The notes: generated by a model from the sequence alone, not told the origin. Positions 1 through 15,311 are shown, numbered from the stretch's first letter. The stretch is DNA of 64,000 nucleotides from Eledone cirrhosa (GCA_964016885.1 OZ024741.1:382788001-382852000), one strand, 5' to 3'. Made by a program: numbers and translations.

Positions 1-101
1 CAGAAGGTGAGGGGACAGACGGAATAGTATAGAGAGAGAGGAAGGGGGAAGAGGTAGGAAGTAGTGTTTTCTCTTTTATACTATATATATATATATATAT
101 A

Positions 102-2275
102 ATCTCTATTACACTTGCATTTCTGATTTGCCTACCTGTTGAGTCATTTCTATGTTTAGATTTTTACGTTTTCTATATTACCATTATGTCAAAATATACA
201 CGGCAAACATATTAAAACAGGTAAATAATTTTCTACTAAACAAAACACAACCAGAACGTCTAAAATGCACATTAACAGTCAATATGAAAAAAATAACATA
301 TAAGAAAATTAACGAACTTTACAACCAGAAACGCGTTAATATTAAGGAATTTCAAAATCTCACCACTCCAAACGAGATAAATAGAAACATGAACATCATT
401 CGACATGATACAAAATATGCTTAAAACGAATGCAATAAACATTTCAATGAGAAATTAAGATGGTTGAAGGAGAAAAAACAACAAGAAAAGAGAAAAGAAA
501 GCTCAGAAAAATACCCTGACAAGATCGACAATATCTATATGACAGATGTCGTATAACCTATAGAATTTACCAAAGACCAGACACTAAATATATATGGTAA
601 CACTACAACCAGTGAACGTGAACAACATATTCTACATCCCCCACCAACATTTACAATATACAAGAATATAAACTCAGTAGAATGCATGTCAGTGGTAGAA
701 AAATGTTTCACGAAAATACGTTAGAATGAAAAAATAAATAACAACAATACGGACAACAACAATAATAACGAAAGTAGTTATATAAAAAATAACTTTGACT
801 ATAGAAATAACAGCTATAATAATAATTGTTTCTACTTTTAGGCACATGGCCAGCAATTACCCAGTGCCTTACTGGTACTTTATTTTATCGACCTCGTAAG
901 GATGAAAGGCAAAGTCAACCTCGGCGGGATTTGAACTCAGATCGTAAAGGGAGGTAACTATGCTGGAAAGCATGGCGTCCGACCCTCTACCGATACTGCC
1001 AATCCACCTCCATCAGCTATAATAATAATAGTCATAACAATAACAATAGCAGGAGAGATGAAAATAATAATAGTTATAGAGATAGCATGAACAACAACAA
1101 CGATAATATTAGAAATAGCAGCAGCTGAAATGTTAACGATAGACAGGATAACAACAACAACAACAATAATAATAATGGAAATAGCAGGAGCAGCAACGTA
1201 AACGATAGACGAAACAACAACAAAAATAACAATAGAGAAAACAACAATACATTTAACAATAATAATAATGGCAACGGTAGGAGCAACAACAACCATAATG
1301 ACAATAATTGTAGCACACACAACAATGACAAAAGATTTAATGAAAACGCCTTAGAGAACCTATTCTTCAACCCCTTTGACAAAACATACAGAATGAACCA
1401 AATTTATCCCACTAAATTACCTTTTAATAAAAGAGTTTGTGTACCACAACAAATAGATGACGAAACAGAGGCGCAGTTTCCCATAGCTAGACATAAACTT
1501 AGACAGGTAGTAGACCAATATACTAAGAGACAAAGCAGACCAGAAATCCAACAACTTGGAAGGAAACCTGTAGTAGGCCTACTTAGCCTCAAGCAGCGCA
1601 CAAGGGATGGTGAGGTAATGTGTCTACCCACAGATAAATCTGGTAGGATGTCAATAGACAACATGCTAGACTATATCAAGGCTACGCAACCCCACATCAT
1701 CAACATGATCGAAATAACACAACAAAAACATGAGGAGAGAGAGAGGATTCTCACCGCTCAGATGATGAGGTGAACCGACATCCTAAAACCAGGCAGACGC
1801 ACTGCCAACAAATTCCAAGCGTCTAACAATGACATATCACTCTTGTATGGGCTCCGCAAAGACCATAAGACAGTCGACGCCCCGACGACAGGACCACCAA
1901 CAAGACCTGTATGCGGAGCCAATATTTCTAGCAAATACAGGATCTCCTACTTTCTCTAGATGGTTGTACGCCCCATAATTAAGATGTCCCCAGATATATG
2001 CGACATACAGAGGACTTCCTCAGCAGAATCAATAAGTACAACAAAAACAAAAACTTAACTAACTGCATAATAGGCAGTAGGGATGTCGTATCACTGTATC
2101 CATCCATTAACATTGATTTTGCTGTGGAAAAATCTGCGAAAAAAATGTGTGGACACAGATGAACTGGGCCTCCTACTTAGACGTTCTTAAGACACCGAGC
2201 ATCTAGATGACCATGACTTTAGCTCTTTCTAGCCCAATAGACCCATAAGAGGTAGACCGCCACCATAACCCCAAT
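102..2275 (+). mobile_element. Degraded Penelope-like element (N-terminus plus RT 5' half), preceded by a short inverted GIY-YIG-end fragment (102-190)
   Basis: Peptides LPTDKSGR (ORF 1393-1773), LYGLRKDHK..GPPTRPVCGA (~1843-1920) and IIGSRDVVSLYPSI (~2066-2108) match PLE RT motifs. Many stops and frameshifts. 102-190 resembles the minus-strand EN end at 50450-50550. Confidence 0.8.
821..1011 (-). mobile_element. tRNA-derived SINE (octopod-type) inserted in the PLE
   Basis: On the minus strand: box A TGGCAGTATCGG, box B GAGTTCAAATCC, body AAAATAAAGTACCAGT and an ATT tail. Many copies in the window. Confidence 0.9.
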
Positions 2276-2394
2276 GGTTGGTTTTCGGTTCTGCATCTTT
2301 TATATCTCGATAGTTAATTTATTTGACAATAAATGTTTATCATTGACTGACCATCGGTTAAAAATACAGATATAAATACGTATATATATATATA

Positions 2395-2730
2395 GTCTAA
2401 CAAAGTTCTTTAGTTGCACATCTGCAACATCATTAGTGGTACTATTATTTTGTCTCATCCCATAGCGTTGTATTGTATTGTTGACGCCTTTTTCATTTTA
2501 TTTATTTAATTATTTATTTATTTATTTATTTTTAGCTCCGTCTCTGCGCATGCGTTTGCGTGTGTGTATAATGTTTGGTGTGGGTGTTCGCGTTTTGGTG
2601 TATGTGTTTTGGTTTTTGTATTCAATCCTTTTTTATTGTGTTATATGTGTTTGTTGTTATTGTACATGTGTATACATTTATTTATTTATATTTATTCATT
2701 TATTTATTTATTTATATTTCTCTTAAGTCA
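2395..2730 (-). mobile_element. PLE 3' UTR fragment with a degenerate HHR (2401-2440)
   Basis: Similar to 50175-50385 and 58260-58460. Minus strand reads CTAATGA-tgttgca gatg tgcaac-TAAA-gaac-TT, a mutated version of the 58211 HHR. Confidence 0.55.
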
Positions 2731-3719
<989 letters not shown>

Positions 3720-4155
3720 TATAAGAGTGTGTGTTTGTGCAAGTGTGTGGAAGTGAGAGCTTTATATGTGAACGTGTGTGAAAGTGTTTGTAGACACATG
3801 ACAAAAGGCATTGTTAGCTAAAGTGAACCTTAAAAGTCAGGAGTGGCTCCCACGTCTATAGGATTCTTTCTGCCTTTGTTATTCTAAATATAGTTTTTAA
3901 AGAATTCTCATTTCTTTAAACCCATCAACTAATTACCTCCACCCATCCCAATCAACACACTCTCCTACCACCAGAAAAGATATAAATACCACCATATTAC
4001 TTGTATAGTTGGCTTCCTGATGATTTTTTCCGAATTAAACAGTTCTAGTCCTGTAGATGCCTTCTCTATATTAAATATTTATATTCTGCATTGTATTGAG
4101 AACCTTACTTACTGTGGTTACCCCCGATTGAACCCGACAAAAACTTATATATATA

Positions 4156-4337
4156 TAGGAAAATGTTGAACCTCGACGGCAGAGCTCGAGCCGTTTCGGC
4201 GGCTATTTCTGTCCAAAAATAGCCGTCGAAACGGCTTGAGCTCTGACGTCAGGGTTAAACATTTTCCTATTACCCTCTCTACTACTCTAAGTATTGAGTA
4301 TCTGGTGCGTTATGTTACTTCTGGTTCCTTACCACAC
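4156..4337 (+). repeat. Family A fold-back element: 3' half of an HHR plus tail, mirrored at stem II
   Basis: ~110-bp palindrome centred on gtcc (4211-4214). The right arm reads GAAA-cggc ttgagctct gacg-TC. Other copies at 8245-8420, 33468-33534, 35858-36189 and 40170-40298. Confidence 0.8.
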
Positions 4338-4461
4338 CTCCTTCGTTATATATATATATATACGAAGTCTGCTAATATGCAAATCAAGCCGATCTGTCAC
4401 TGTGTATTTTTGAAAATAGCATATATTTTCACAAACTCTGACAGTTTGGCAGGTGAACAGT

Positions 4462-4511
4462 GAGCTGTACTGATGAAGGGTGATACCCAGAAAGATTAGT
4501 GTCTGCAGTTC
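4462..4511 (+). ncRNA. Type I HHR (family G copy 1)
   Basis: gagctgta-CTGATGA-agggt gat accca-GAAA-g attagt g-TC-tgcagttc. 8-bp stem I with wobbles; stem III base mismatched. Confidence 0.8.
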
Positions 4512-4900
4512 TGTTCGCATGTCAACATAGGAGCAACAAGGATGTGTTAATTCTACTGACATAGCTATAAAATTGAGACTTGTTTGCACAATTGTAAATG
4601 AATCGAATATTATTACTAATATAAACATAACTCTTATTACATTTATTGTATTCGGCCATGTAGAGCGAAATTTTCTTTTTTTATTTGAATTTGGCAAAGT
4701 CGGCCATTTATCGCTCATATACAGGAAACTGACTGGCCAGTCTGCTGATATGCATATCTGGCTGATCAGTGGATCTACTAATATGCAGATCTGACTGATC
4801 AGCCAGTCTGCTAATATGCAAATCAGGCCGATCAGTCACTGTGTATTTTTGAAAATAGCATATATTTTCACAAACTCTGACAGTTTGGCAGGTGAACAGT

Positions 4901-4950
4901 GAGCTGTACTGATGAAGGGTGATACCCAGAAACATTAGTGTCTTCAGTTC
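4901..4950 (+). ncRNA. Type I HHR (family G copy 2)
   Basis: gagctgta-CTGATGA-agggt gat accca-GAAA-c attagt g-TC-ttcagttc. Confidence 0.85.
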
Positions 4951-5113
4951 TGTTCGCATGCCAACATAGAGCAAGAATGAAGTATTCATTCTACTGACAT
5001 GGCTATTAAATTGAGGCTTGTTTGCATAATTGCAAACGAATCGAATGTTATTATTAACATTCGAAAAGGTCAGATTACATTTATTGTATTCAGCCATGTA
5101 GAACGAAATTTTC

Positions 5114-5150
<37 letters not shown>

Positions 5151-5262
5151 TAGTAATAATAATAAATTTGAAGACTAAAATCCAAAGAGGGCTCGATAAG
5201 GATAAATATATATCAAATATATAAGAACCGTAGAGCAAATATTTAATAAAATAACAGATTAA

Positions 5263-5313
5263 AGTTTAAGCAAAGAATCGCTGCTTTCACCCTTAACGGG
5301 ATCTTCTGAAACT
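5263..5313 (-). ncRNA. HHR with U4A core (family B), in the inverted segment 5153-5450 upstream of a PLE
   Basis: agttt-CAGAAGA-tccc gttaa gggt-GAAA-gcag cgattct ttgc-TT-aaact. All three stems pair. Confidence 0.7.
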
Positions 5314-5449
5314 AACAAAGTCAATCTGTAAACGCAGAAGTGGATATTTCAAAAAACGTTGCAACCAGAGGAAGACAGGAAGACGATACTTTGGTTCGTG
5401 GAAACGTTCCCTGACAAAGAACGGGAAAAAACGAATATAATACGTCATT

Positions 5450-6900
5450 AATAGGAGCGTTACTGATCTTATCGGCCTTTTCCTTCTTTTCTCTATCAAG
5501 GACGAATTCCCCAACGCGGGCGGCGGTTTGTACCGTGATGATGGTCTTTTGACCATGACTAATTGCGGACCTCGTGCTTGCGACAGGTTCAGAAAAGAAC
5601 TCACAGCCTTCTTTAAAAGCTTCAACTTCTCTATACAGGTTGAGGCCAATCTCTCGGTCGTTAATTACCTCGACGTTACCCTCAATTTATCGAATGGGTT
5701 GTATTACCCGTATAGAAAGCCGAATGATACGCTTAATTACATAAGTAAGCATTCCAACCATCCTGCCAGCATAACCAAGAACCTGGTAAAAAACGTTTCG
5801 TTGAGGCTTTCCCGTCTATCTACTAACGAGCATATTTTCAACGACCATTCCACCTATTACAATGAAGCTCTTGCTCGGAGTGGATTTGTCGATAAGGTAG
5901 CATATACAGAGTACAAAAATAGACCTAGAAGTAATAGATCCCGTCGCATTTGTTGGTATAACCCACCATATAATATGGAGGTGGCCACACCATTAACTAA
6001 GATCTTTCTTTCCCTTATTACGAAGCATTTTCCCCCTACACATAAATATAGTAACATTTTTAATAGAAATACTATTAAAATTTCTTACTCTACGACTCCT
6101 AACCTTGCACATAACATCACAGCTTCAAATTTAGCTAAACTACCTAACCGTAGGAACACGTGCAACCCTGTACTTAGTGCTAACTGTAATTGTAGGAATC
6201 GGCTTGATTTCCCCCTATCCGGGAAATGCCTCTCTAGTAACATTGTCTACAAATGTAAGGTTGAAACACCCACGTCCCGTAGGGCCTACATAGGGTTAAC
6301 CACCAATAGATTCAAGCAGCGTCTTTACATGCATACCCATTCTTTTCGTTAACCTCTTAGAAGGAATATGACGTCACTTTCAGCTTATATCTGGAGTCTA
6401 AAAGACAACCACACCCAATTTAAGTTACACTGGGAGATCCTAGATAGGGCTAGGTCGTATAACGGAAATAAAAGACCATGTGACCTCTGCGCTCCTGAGG
6501 CCCTGGAAATACTCTACGCCACAGACCACATCTGAAACAAAAAATCTGAGGCAATTTCCGCTTGTAAACATAAATTGCACAAACATTTCCTGTTTTACAG
6601 CCCCACATTATACCCTAACAGATAGTACGATCTATACGTGGATTTTTTAGGTCTTGATGTGGTAGGTAAGTATATATTTTGTTTATACCATTACTTATTT
6701 GCATAGGTAAGTATATATTACCTGTATGTTTTGTGAAGGTACGTATACTTTCTCATACGTATATTTGATTGTTTATGTTGTGGCGTATACATTTTTTTGT
6801 CGGGGATTAGTTAGTAGAGGCGCAAACTTGTGCAATCCCATTAAGGTGCATACACGACAACCTATAGTTTATGTGATAACCTGTCTTCGGTGAGGCTCTA
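5450..6900 (+). mobile_element. 5'-truncated PLE (RT C-half plus GIY-YIG), CxCx5C/Hydra-like
   Basis: YRDDGL, NYLDVTLNL, WYNPPY, CNCRNRLD(F)PLSGKCL, IVYKC..AYIGLTTNRFKQR in ORF 5528-6352. Premature stop. Confidence 0.92.
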
Positions 6901-6904
6901 ATAT

Positions 6905-7700
6905 ATTTAGATCAATTGAAAGACTTCTATAAGATCGACTATCGATACCTGGAGGCTGTCCTCAAGGAAGCAGGATTCGGTCCCTTCTTCAGAGACTGGA
7001 TCGCTGCAATGCACAGCGGCATATGCATGGTGGTTAAATTTAATGGCCACCTTTCGGAACCATTTCAAATATTCAGTTCGCTCCCACTTTCCGGAATTTG
7101 GAGCTGTTGCAGGATATCCCACTCTATCTGGGACCTAGAAAGGCCATGTCAGTATACCGTGATGGCGTCTAACACCTTGGAACTGGAGATGGTCTGCACA
7201 TTCTTGGAGGAATATGAAAGGTAAACCCAGAAATTTCGCTGGGATTACAGTTCGGCACCTGGAGCGGCAAGTCGATGCCGTCCAACATCGTCCGTCGTTG
7301 GGTGCTGGAGGGAGGGACCGGTGAGGTTGCTCGTGATTTGATTCGGACCAGACCTCCAGGTGGATATGAATTGAGACAAGATTATGAAGAGGGTAGCCAA
7401 TCTCAAACAGGAATAGACCGAGATGAAGAAGTCTCTTAAGGGCCTGGCGGAGATACCGAACGCGTATCTCTCATCATCTAACACTAGATCGCGCCTCGCC
7501 AAATAGAAGTAGCTCCACTTTAGTGGAGGAGACAGGTTCCATTTGTAAGGTGGTCCATCTGTTTCCAGCTCCTTCTACACGGAGAACTGGACATGCTTCG
7601 GCTAATGAAGTGCAAATATGCGGTGAGGCTGCTGCATCTGCAGATATTCCGTCTAAACAGGAATCCGCTAGATAGTGATACGTCATTATTTTCCCGATTC
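6905..7700 (+). mobile_element. Degraded Tx1/L1-type LINE RT fragment
   Basis: LDQLKDFYKIDYRYLEAVLKEAGFGPFFRDWIAAMHSG..VKFNGHLSEPF resembles the L1/Tx1 RT domain 3-4 region. Confidence 0.7.
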
Positions 7701-8436
7701 ACAGCTGAATGCTTTTAAAATATTTATTCTTAAACATATCATATATTACAAGGTACACAACATATACATTCCCTTATGCACACAGTTATGTTTGAGCTAA
7801 CACCTTAATTCTATTTATCGGCAGAGCCAGCTAGTAGCTCTATATACAGATGAAGCTAATCAGCCATATACATGGGTATCTAAACTATAGGTGTTGGCCT
7901 ATATAGAGTTCCAGTAGAGAGCAGGGTACGGGGAGTTTTGACTTGATAAAGCTTGGTTGCATTGGATGCCAGTATTATTCAAAGCTATGGCTTTCTAAAT
8001 GTTTATTTATAAACTACCGTTTCTCGTTAGAGAAAATACAAACACACACACACACACACACACACAACGTGGCCAGTTGCAAAACACATATATATCTATG
8101 ACTTTATGTTTATGTATATGTAAATCTTTATATTTAATAATCTCCCGTTAGGTTGAGATACAATTGAGCGAGATTGGGCTGCGCTTTCTAGCAACAAGCC
8201 TACCCGCCGCAAGCGGGTAGGCTTGTTGCTATAAATATATATAAATAACGAAGGAAATGCGGTAAGGAACCAAGTGGACCATAACGCACCAGTGTACTCA
8301 ATACTTATTGTAGTAGAGTGGTTAATAGGAAAAAGTTCAAGACCCCGACGGTAGAGCTCAAGCTGTTCCGACGGTTATTTCTGCGTCCAGAAATTGCCGT
8401 CAAAACGGCTCGAGCTCTGAAAAATGAAGTATATAT

Positions 8437-8499
<63 letters not shown>

Positions 8500-8596
8500 T
8501 ATAGATAGATCTATCTATCTATATATATATATATATACTTCATTTTTTAATATGTTTTTCAAGGTCACTTATGTGAAAACGTATGTTTAAACATAT

Positions 8597-8913
8597 ATTG
8601 TTATACTTTGGGAGCGCCATGCTACCAATTAATACACACGTACCTGATGCTTTTCACTTTAATTTATTATAGATTTCCGATTGGTTGGTTGGTTCGGTAA
8701 CCGAATAGTTGTTTATATATTGTCAAAGTTCTTTAGGACAGAAAAAAGAAGAAACATAAAATAAAAACACAATGTGTGACGAAAGAATTTTGTGAATATA
8801 CAAATAACCATCCCGTTATCAAACCAACCAGTCAATCGGAAATTTATAATAAATTGAAGTGAAAACTAGCAGGTGCGTATGTTTTTATTGGCAACATGAC
8901 CCTCCCAAAGTCT

Positions 8914-8918
<5 letters not shown>
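8597..8918. repeat. Fold-back of the family C PLE 3' end
   Basis: Inverted arms (tgttatactttgggag... / ...ctcccaaagtctaaca). Both arms break inside the family C HHR. TA flanks. Confidence 0.75.
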
Positions 8919-8966
<48 letters not shown>

Positions 8967-10729
8967 AATGTGTGTGTGTGTGTGTATATGTATGTATATA
9001 TATATATATATAAAGCTTGAAAGAACAAATGATTTTGTAGAGTTTATAGACAGGTTAACAGCTTGAGATCAACAGGCCACTATAAAATATTAAAAATAAA
9101 TCCACCGCTTTACGTCTAAAGACTGCAACAGTTCTCAAGAAGATCCGATGATGGAAAATGTATTGTGTATGGAATACACACTATAATAAATTATATAAAA
9201 AGCTATTAAAATTTCAGAGAAACATTAGTAAATTTTAATGAGAATAAATACCACTTTCAAGATAATTTCTTTAGCTTCGTGTGTAACGAATTAAGTTTGA
9301 TATTTGCATAAATAATATATTTTATTTTAACAATTACTTGTTACCATTATATATTTTCATTACAAATTTTCTTTTTTTTTTTAATGATTATCATATCTCT
9401 TTTAAATGCACACTGATTTATTGATTGAATGTTTCTTGGTTAATATCTTCAGTTGTGTCATCGAGATAAGTCTCAGCATAACTATAAAACCATTTTCTTT
9501 CATAAAATACAAATGCTATTTAATAGAAGATGAGCTAATTTTTCTCGTATATATAATCTAGCAAATTGTCATATATTCTATATACAGCAAGAGACTCTAA
9601 CATACTTGCTGAATGAGAAGACCAACACGGAGAATCACGAGAAACCAAGGCTTAGCAATTTCTGTTGTCCTTCTTTAGCTTTCTCATTTAAAATTCCGCT
9701 AGGTTAATGGGAATCAATAAAAGATTTGCCATTGATAAACTAAGGTCATTAAGATCGATCCTAACCATTTTCTATGAATTTGTAACCTGGGACCTTGTTA
9801 GAAATCGTTATCATTATTGCATTGAGGAAAGCGACAGGAACTGAAGCATTTGTAGCATATATTTATGTTTCTTTATATTATGTTCCAAATAATTTGAAGA
9901 TTGAATAATAGTTAAGAGATTCAATTAACTGTAAACGATCTCCTACAGAGGGAAGGGAGAATTGTATTAGGTATGATATAAAGTAGATTATGCGTTTAAT
10001 TTCCAACTGGATGCGTATTTTAATATTCTTCGTAATTGCTACATATTTTTATAGATTTGGGTCGATGCACTTAGTTTGTTTATGCCGTTGTTCAATGTTC
10101 TCAGGACTGCAAGCTTTTCGTTTAATATTGTTGATGAAATAGCCTAACATCATACGAATTTGAATAGAGAAATTTTAATTGGCTACATTTGTAAATAGAG
10201 GTTTTACTCTCTTTAACATTTAATCGGCATATGAAAATTGGTGCTTGCGGCTTTAATTGATAGTAAAATTAATTGTACTATTTTCTATAGCTTGCTTTAT
10301 TAATTTGAAATAAAACATCTAAGCTTTAAATGTGTTTATCCGCATTCAACGTAAATGTAATATAATTTAATTAGTTTCTCCATAATTGCTATGTCATAGA
10401 ATAAGTCCGGCAGTAGAATTTTCGATTTTCAGTACCGATCTTTGTTTTAAAATGTTCTTTAAAGTAAAATCAGACTACTTACCTAATGTTTTCAAGACTG
10501 CAGAAAGTACGTAGTTAAATATGTTATGTTACTACGAAGAATAGAAAGGAAACCAGATTACAATCAACTATTCGTACTAATACCGACGTGTATGTTTATG
10601 AATCGTATCCATATAATGAACTAGCTATAATATTACGGTATTTTTATTGATACAAAAGAAAACTATTCTACATAATCGACCCCCGTGATACGCAGGATAT
10701 AGCTGCCTATATAAATGTATATATATATG

Positions 10730-10780
10730 AGTTTCAGAAGATCCCGTTAACGGTGAAAGCAGCGATTCTTTGCTTAAACT
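10730..10780 (+). ncRNA. HHR family B copy (U4A core) as a tiny insertion between TA tracts
   Basis: agttt-CAGAAGA-tcccgttaacggt-GAAA-gcagcgattctttgc-TT-aaact. Confidence 0.65.
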
Positions 10781-10806
10781 TTAATCGGTTATTTTAATAA
10801 ATATAT

Positions 10807-10925
<119 letters not shown>

Positions 10926-10929
10926 CATA

Positions 10930-11222
10930 TATCACTCATTTCTTTTTTCAGCAAAGGAAGGGAGATAAGCTGACAGATATGTTGCACCCTGTTGGTGTTC
11001 CTCAGAGCAACGTACTCGCCGACCTCTGCTGAAAAGTATAATGGCTGGATTCTTATAGAATTCCAGTAATAATCAGAAACTGATTATACAGAGCGATTGC
11101 CGATCCAGCAAACATTAAAAATTAGGATTGGTGTTCTGAAATAGCGATGTATACATGAATGTATGTATAATACATTTGGTAATATACTGTATGTTTAATT
11201 AAAAACATTTTGAAGACCTTTA
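10930..11222 (-). mobile_element. Family F monomer with a mutated HHR (GAAA changed to GCAA, 10969-11008)
   Basis: Homologous to 24450-24750. Confidence 0.75.
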
Positions 11223-11224
11223 AC

Positions 11225-12253
<1,029 letters not shown>

Positions 12254-12256
12254 GTG

Positions 12257-12891
<635 letters not shown>

Positions 12892-12933
12892 GATATATAC
12901 ATATATACATACACACACACACATATATATATA

Positions 12934-13296
12934 TATTGAAAGGATAACAAGGACGATTGTTTACTCCTTCATTACATTTATTAGTAAGTGACGCGCGTTT
13001 CGCCACTGATCAACTCAAGGTTAGATCTGTATCGATCTTACCCGACTCAATAATCGGCAGTTCGACGGCCCCTTTAAAATGGTATCAGAAAATGAATACA
13101 TGCTATGTGATAAAGTCAGCAGCTCATAAGTTGTACAATATGAGTTGTTTTGATTGGTGGCAAAGATCATAGGGATTATTGAGTCGGGTAAGATCGACAC
13201 AGATCGAACCTTGAGCTGATCAGAGGTGAAATGCGCGTCTCCTACCAATAAATGTAATGAAGGAGAAACCATCGTCCTTGTTATCCTTTCAATATA
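12934..13296. repeat. Family D fold-back element with an HHR-like 3' half
   Basis: ~120-bp inverted arms carrying GAAAC-GCGC-GTC followed by AATAAA. Related copy at 38845-39050. No clear CUGAUGA core. Confidence 0.6.
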
Positions 13297-13318
13297 TTAC
13301 ACTCTCTATATATATATG

Positions 13319-13980
13319 TGGCGGTAGAGGGTCGGACACCATGCTTTGACGCATAGAGTTACGGCCCTTGCCATTCTGAGTTCAAATCCCGCCAAAGTTA
13401 ACTTTGCCTTTCATCCTTACGGGGTCGATAAAATAAAGTACCAGTAATGCACTGGTAATTTTGTGGCCTTGTGCCAAAAGTAGAAACAATTATATTAAAA
13501 TCTACCCATTACTGAATAAAATATAAGTAAGCTATAGTGGTTATATTAAATGGGGGTAACTTTATGTTTAATCTTAATGGCTATTGTTGAGATAAATAGA
13601 AGATAAGTAGAGGAATGAGCTGATCATAGAGTGCGATGCTGTGGGGGTAATTATATGCTGATAAAACCTAGAGGTGAAGTGTTAAGGATGAAAGGCAAAG
13701 TTAACCTCGGGGGATTTGAACTCAGAATGGCAAGGGCCGTAACTCTATGCGTCAAAGCATGGTGTCCGACCCTCTACCGACACTGCCTAATATAATTGTT
13801 TCTACTTTAGGCACAAGGCCAGCAATTATCCAGTGTATTACTGGTACTTTATTTTATCGCCCCGTAAGGATGAAAGGCAAAGTCAACCTCGGCGGGATTT
13901 GAACTCAGATCGTAAAGGGACGTAACTATGCTGGAAAGCATGGCGTCCGACCCTCTACCGATACTGCCAATCCACCGCCC
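13319..13980. mobile_element. SINE cluster: + copy 13319-13493, - partial 13683-13790, - full 13791-13980
   Basis: Same box B and body as 821-1011. Confidence 0.88.
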
Positions 13981-14499
13981 TAATATAATGATACCTTTAA
14001 TGTATTATAGGAAAATGGATTGTATTTAAAATTAAATATATAAGTAAATAGCATTATATAAAAGGGATTCATTTATGACATAATATATTATATATTAGCA
14101 CAAGGACTTTAACTAATTGGAGCTGTAAACAACTATACATTTTTTCTATTATATACAAATTAATCGCTAATTACCTCCCCTTTCACATTAGCTCCTCTTA
14201 ATATTGATCTCTAATTCACTTCCTGAAATTAAACCGTTAGACAGATCACTCTTGAACAACTAGAACCCTGAATAAGATTGTAATGGCACCAATATACAAT
14301 CCATAGTTGTAACTACTTATAAACATTCACTAAAATATAACCAATCTAATGGAAAATAAAACCTTAATATTAATACCCACAACACATGCACATTTGAAGA
14401 TTACAGAAACAATGATCACACTACATCCACCATAAACTTCATAGAAACTACTTTTAATAGACAAACATCTTTCTCTGCTTATAAGGAGCGAAAAAGATC

Positions 14500-15311
14500 T
14501 CTTTGGATTTGTACGCGTCTGTTATTTAGTTATAGAGGTGCGTATATATATTTTAATTTATATTTTTAAATATTGTGTGTCTGCCCTGCCTTTCATAGGT
14601 TATAGATTCCATACACTGCTGGTTTTTCTTTGTCTTATTTATTGGCGCACTATCTCTCTCTAGTGTATTACTTTTTCTACATAATTTATTTTAAAGAGCT
14701 AAGGATTCCTTTTCCTTTGAGCACATTATTGACATGGAATAACGAGAGACTATGGCTCCGTGAATTTATCATGATATTTCGCGCCTTATAACAGTCTTTC
14801 CTCTCTTTCTGTTTGGTTGAGCACACTTCACTGAGGGGTTTTGGGCTGTCATTTCTAGCAGCTCGTCCCTCAGATACCACTGGTTCACTGCCCTAAAAAT
14901 GCTGTGACATCTCTCTCCCGCGTGTGGCTGGACGGTCGCTTTGGATTCTTTTAGAGTTTTATTAAATGTATGGCCTTGCACGCGCTGATGAACCATAGGC
15001 TGTTCCATTTCAGTCAACAACTTCGTTGGTGAAACAGATGTCTTTGGATTTGTACGGGTGTGTTATATAGTTATAGAGGTGCGTATATACATTTTAATTT
15101 ATATTTTTAATTATTGTGTGTCTGCCCTTCATTTCATAGGTTATAGATTCCATACACTGGTAGTTTTTCCCTGTTTTATTAATGGCGCACTATCTCTCTC
15201 TACTGTGTTGCCTTTTCAACATATTGTATTTTAAAGAGCTCCGGATTCCTTTTCCTTTGAGCACATTATTGAGAGGGAATAACGAGAGTCTATGGCTCCA
15301 TTAATTTATCG
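14500..15311 (+). repeat. Family I tandem repeat (541-bp period) with an HHR-like core at 14985-15042
   Basis: 14500-14770 recurs at 15041-15310. CTGATGA-acca[31 nt]tggt-GAAA-cagatg-TC. Stem I does not pair well. Confidence 0.6.

Larger units (their letters stand above)
4362..5117 (+). mobile_element. Family G tandem HHR repeat (439-bp period, ~1.7 copies, no credible ORF); retrozyme/pLTR-like
   Basis: Direct repeat with HHRs at 4462 and 4901, a 33-bp x3 subrepeat at 4741-4835, and TA flanks. Confidence 0.85.

Noticed and set aside
958-1382. Hydrophobic 'membrane protein' ORFs (also 19995-20596 and 34600-34971)
   Set aside because: Antisense readings of (AAC/AAT)n low-complexity retroelement regions.
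1393-2275. Selenoprotein-type (Naiad) recoding of in-frame TGA
   Set aside because: Stops include TAG/TAA and frameshifts, no SECIS was seen, and related fragments have a C-terminal EN.
13791-13980. tRNA genes
   Set aside because: Box A/B belong to SINE heads; no complete cloverleaf, and all are attached to the SINE body.
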